Positions 60,929 to 64,000 of a DNA stretch of 64,000 nt are shown piece after piece. The first letter of the stretch is position 1. Every line of letters begins with the position of its first letter. The stretch is from the NCBI GenBank assembly GCA_964252035.1, contig OZ176200.1; one strand, 5' to 3'. The DNA comes from Podarcis erhardii (Eukaryota). Below the pieces are notes generated by a model. That model had not been told where the DNA came from, did no database searches, and saw only the letters and a list, made by a program, of their open reading frames with translations. A program made the position numbers and the translations under genes.

Positions 60929-63900
60929 ATGGCTAACCTAAAAGCAATTACATTAAACATGAGGGGGCTGGGAAACCCCATCAAAAGAAAACGCATCACC
61001 TCATACATAAACACCATGAAACCACACATCACCTTCCTACAAGAAATACACAACCCACCCAAAGGCAGCAAACTCCTGAGCGACCCCCGCTTCAGTCAGC
61101 AGTGGGTCGCACGAGGCTCAGGGAAAGCTCGCGGTGTAGCCATAATACTCAGTAGAGACCTGAACTTCACTGCCACAACAGTCCTCAGGGACAAAAAAGG
61201 CAGATTCATTTTCGCTAAAGGGACACTAGATGGTAAAATCAAACTGACAATTGGCTCCATATATGCCCCAAACGCGAAACAATTAGAATTCTTCCAGAAG
61301 ACACTAAACAAATTCCTCTCCTTCTCTGAAGGGGAAGCAATCCTAGGAGGGGACCTCAATCTAAATATGAAAGGTATATCCCTGAAAGATATCCACCCTA
61401 CAACCCCATGGGCAACCTTCCTCCGAAGGAAACCCCCAACAACTAGGAACTCTTACAAGTTACTAAAAATGCTAAAAAACAGGGGTCTCTACGACATTTG
61501 GAGTGAGCAAAACCCGGGAGACATCAGCCATACATTCCAATCGGGACGTCATGATACAGTGTCCAGACTGGACAGCATTCTACTCACACAGGGTCTGATC
61601 CCCTCAGTGGAATCAACAAACATCGGTAACATTAAAATCACAGATCACGCCCCAGTAGAAGTCATCGTTAAAATAGGAGAAGGAACACAAACCACCCCAT
61701 CATGGTCCTTCAGTCCCATCCTAACTACAAATTAGAGAGAGTCTCACAAAAACCCTCCAAAACTACTTCAAGGAAAACGATGTAGACAATATAACAACCC
61801 CCCTCCTATGGGACACAATGAAAGCGGTCACCAGAGGAGCTTGCATAAAAGAGAAAACATTCCTTAAAAAACAAACCTCCTCAAAAATTAGCAAAATAGA
61901 ACAAGACATCACAGCCCTCTCAACACGCTACAAACAAACAGGATCTAAAAAACTCCTCAAACTTATAGAACAAAAAAGGAGAGAACTAGACTCCCTAGAA
62001 ATTAACAAAACAATGATCAGCATTCTATATTCTAAACAACGTTTCTATGAATATGGAGGGAAAAACTCCAGATTACTAGCAAATAGATGTAGGAAAAAAG
62101 CACTCAAAACAAGAATACACTGCATCACCAAAAAAGACGGCAACATAACATCCTCCCCTGAAAAAATAACCTCAGAATTTGCAGAATTCTACTCCAACCT
62201 ATACACCTCCCATAACCCACCAGAGAAGGAAATCAGAACATTTCTAGCAGGACTGACCATGCCTACCCTAACTGATGAGGAACAGGAATTCATGGACAGC
62301 CCTATCACCCCAGAGGAAATAGATGTGGTCCTCAAAAACCTGAAACCACACAAAGCCCCAGGCCCAGACGGCTTCACAGCAGAATTCTATAGGAAATTCA
62401 AAGAACCCTTGATGCCCTACATGACCCGCCTATTCAACGACATCATAAAAGGGGGTCCCATCCCCAAAACCTGGACCCACTCCAAAATAGTCTCCATCCC
62501 AAAACCACTAAAAGACAGCCTCAAAGTAGAATCATACCACCCAATCTCATTAATAAACCAAGACTACAAGATATTCACATCAATCTTGGCCAACCGCCTA
62601 AAAATCTTCCTACACAAGTTAATAGCCCCAGACCAGACTGGCTTTGTCCCTGGCCGCAATATAACAGACCCCATCAGGAAACTACTGAACCTGATCGAAC
62701 ACAGCAAGGCAACGAAACTCCCATTGACAATTATGTCCCTAGACATCCTCAAAGCCTTTGATTGCTTAGAGTGGAAATACATATTAGCAGTACTAACTAA
62801 CATGAAATTTGGCCCCAACTTCCTACAAATCCTCAAACAAATATACTCCCAAGCCTCAGCAAAATGCAGAATTAACAATATGGATTCTAATACTATAGCT
62901 ATCCAAAGAGGCATGAAACAAGGATGCCCACTGTCTCCCTTCTTATTTATCCTGGCTCTGGAACCCTTAGCAATCCGCATCCGAGCAGCCACAGACATCA
63001 AGGGAGTGGAAATAAAAGGCAGAACCTATAAATTAGGGCTCTTTGCAGATGACCTAATGGTGACAACACCAGACCCCATAAGCACAGCAACCTCCCTAAT
63101 CAGAGAACTCAACAAATTTGCAATGGTGTCGGGCCTACAGGTAAATTTTACAAAGTCAGAAGCTATGTGCTTCAACACCCCTCCTCACACCCAAAAAGAG
63201 CTCACGAAGGTCACCATAATAAAACGCTGCCACACCAAGTTCAGATACCTAGGGGTACAAATAACCAGAAACCTCAACAAATTGTACCTCTACAACTACA
63301 AGCCCCTGTGGCGGCAAATTAACAAAGACCTAAAGAGATGGAATAACACGAATTTCACTCTCTCAGACAAAATAGCCATGATCAAAATGATCACACTCCC
63401 AAAACTAACCTACCTATTCCAAACCCTCCCAATCGATCCCCTCAACCCAACTCCGCAGTTGGCAGAGAAAACTACACTCTTTCATCTTCTCACATAAAAA
63501 ACCAAGAATAAGCCCCAAATACCTGCACCTCCCCACCTCAGAAGGAGGATGGGGAATCCCCAACATAGAAGCATATTACATTGCCAACCAAATACGTCAT
63601 GTAATTCCATACATACTAGAAGATGAGACAAAACAATGGGTACACCTAGAGAGGGACACAATTGAAAATACCTGCACCACAACATACCCACTCCTCCCAA
63701 ACAAACTAAAGAAAATTCCCACAACACTTAACAGGTACACACAGACCATGCTCAAAGCATGGAAAACACAAATAGGCAAACTATCCCCAACCCCATCCCC
63801 ACGAATCCCCCTGGCGTACCACCCATTATTCCACCATGCAGCACAAAACCTCCAGATAAAAGCCTGGCGAACCAAAGGCCTATATCGCCTAATAGACTTT

Positions 63901-64000
63901 TATAAAAATAACAAACCCTTGTCAACACAAGAAATACAAGACAAACTAGAAGACACCCAAATGCCCTGGTTAACACAACACCAACTACATGCCCTCTTAA
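60929..64000 (+). pseudogene. L1 ORF2p (APE endonuclease plus RT) with two +1 frameshifts
   Basis: EN motifs TLNMRGL, FLQEIH, IYAPN, GGDLN, SRLD, TDH; frameshift at about 61725-61735; RT motifs KAPGPDGF, KAFD, QGCPLSP, LFADD; second frameshift at about 63435-63441, after which the frame (WQRKLHSFIF...EGGWGIPN) stays open to 64000. Confidence 0.92.

Larger units (their letters stand above)
56170..64000 (+). mobile_element. Near-full-length L1 LINE, antisense to SLC22A18, running past the window end
   Basis: CpG-rich 5' end GGACTTCCGG...CATGGCGGC (ETS- and YY1-like motifs) after a T|AAAA target; ORF1, 733-bp spacer and ORF2 in order; strong A/C strand bias. Confidence 0.88.

Noticed and set aside
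1-64000. CRISPR arrays, operons or other prokaryotic systems
   Set aside because: The sequence is clearly eukaryotic (spliced genes, LINEs, SINEs); tandem repeats are microsatellites or TE tails.

Overview
Vertebrate genomic DNA, most likely a squamate and probably a lacertid lizard (inferred from repeat content, not proven). The window is the non-mammalian counterpart of part of the 11p15.5 KCNQ1/CDKN1C imprinted domain. It holds the complete single-coding-exon PHLDA2 gene in a CpG island (+, CDS 5543-5977, with a probable 3'UTR intron). Convergent with it are the last six coding exons of SLC22A18 (SLC67A1, MFS transporter; -, 49483 to 11043), which splice with consistent phases into about 245 aa; its 5' exons must lie beyond 64000. 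The introns are full of transposons: hAT, Tc1/mariner and PIF/Harbinger MITEs, tRNA-derived SINEs, L2 ends, a 2.4 kb CR1, a solo LTR with a 6-bp TSD, and a young, near-full-length L1 (56170 to window end; intact ORF1, ORF2 with two frameshifts). The most interesting structures are three minimal type-I hammerhead ribozyme motifs from two different Penelope-like retroelements. Two lie in a perfect 97-bp-arm palindrome at 29.4-29.6 kb. The third overlaps the end of a GIY-YIG ORF fragment inserted in an (AT)n tract inside the L1 5'UTR. There is a 152-N assembly gap at 45197-45348. No database searches were possible, so family names rest on recognised motifs.
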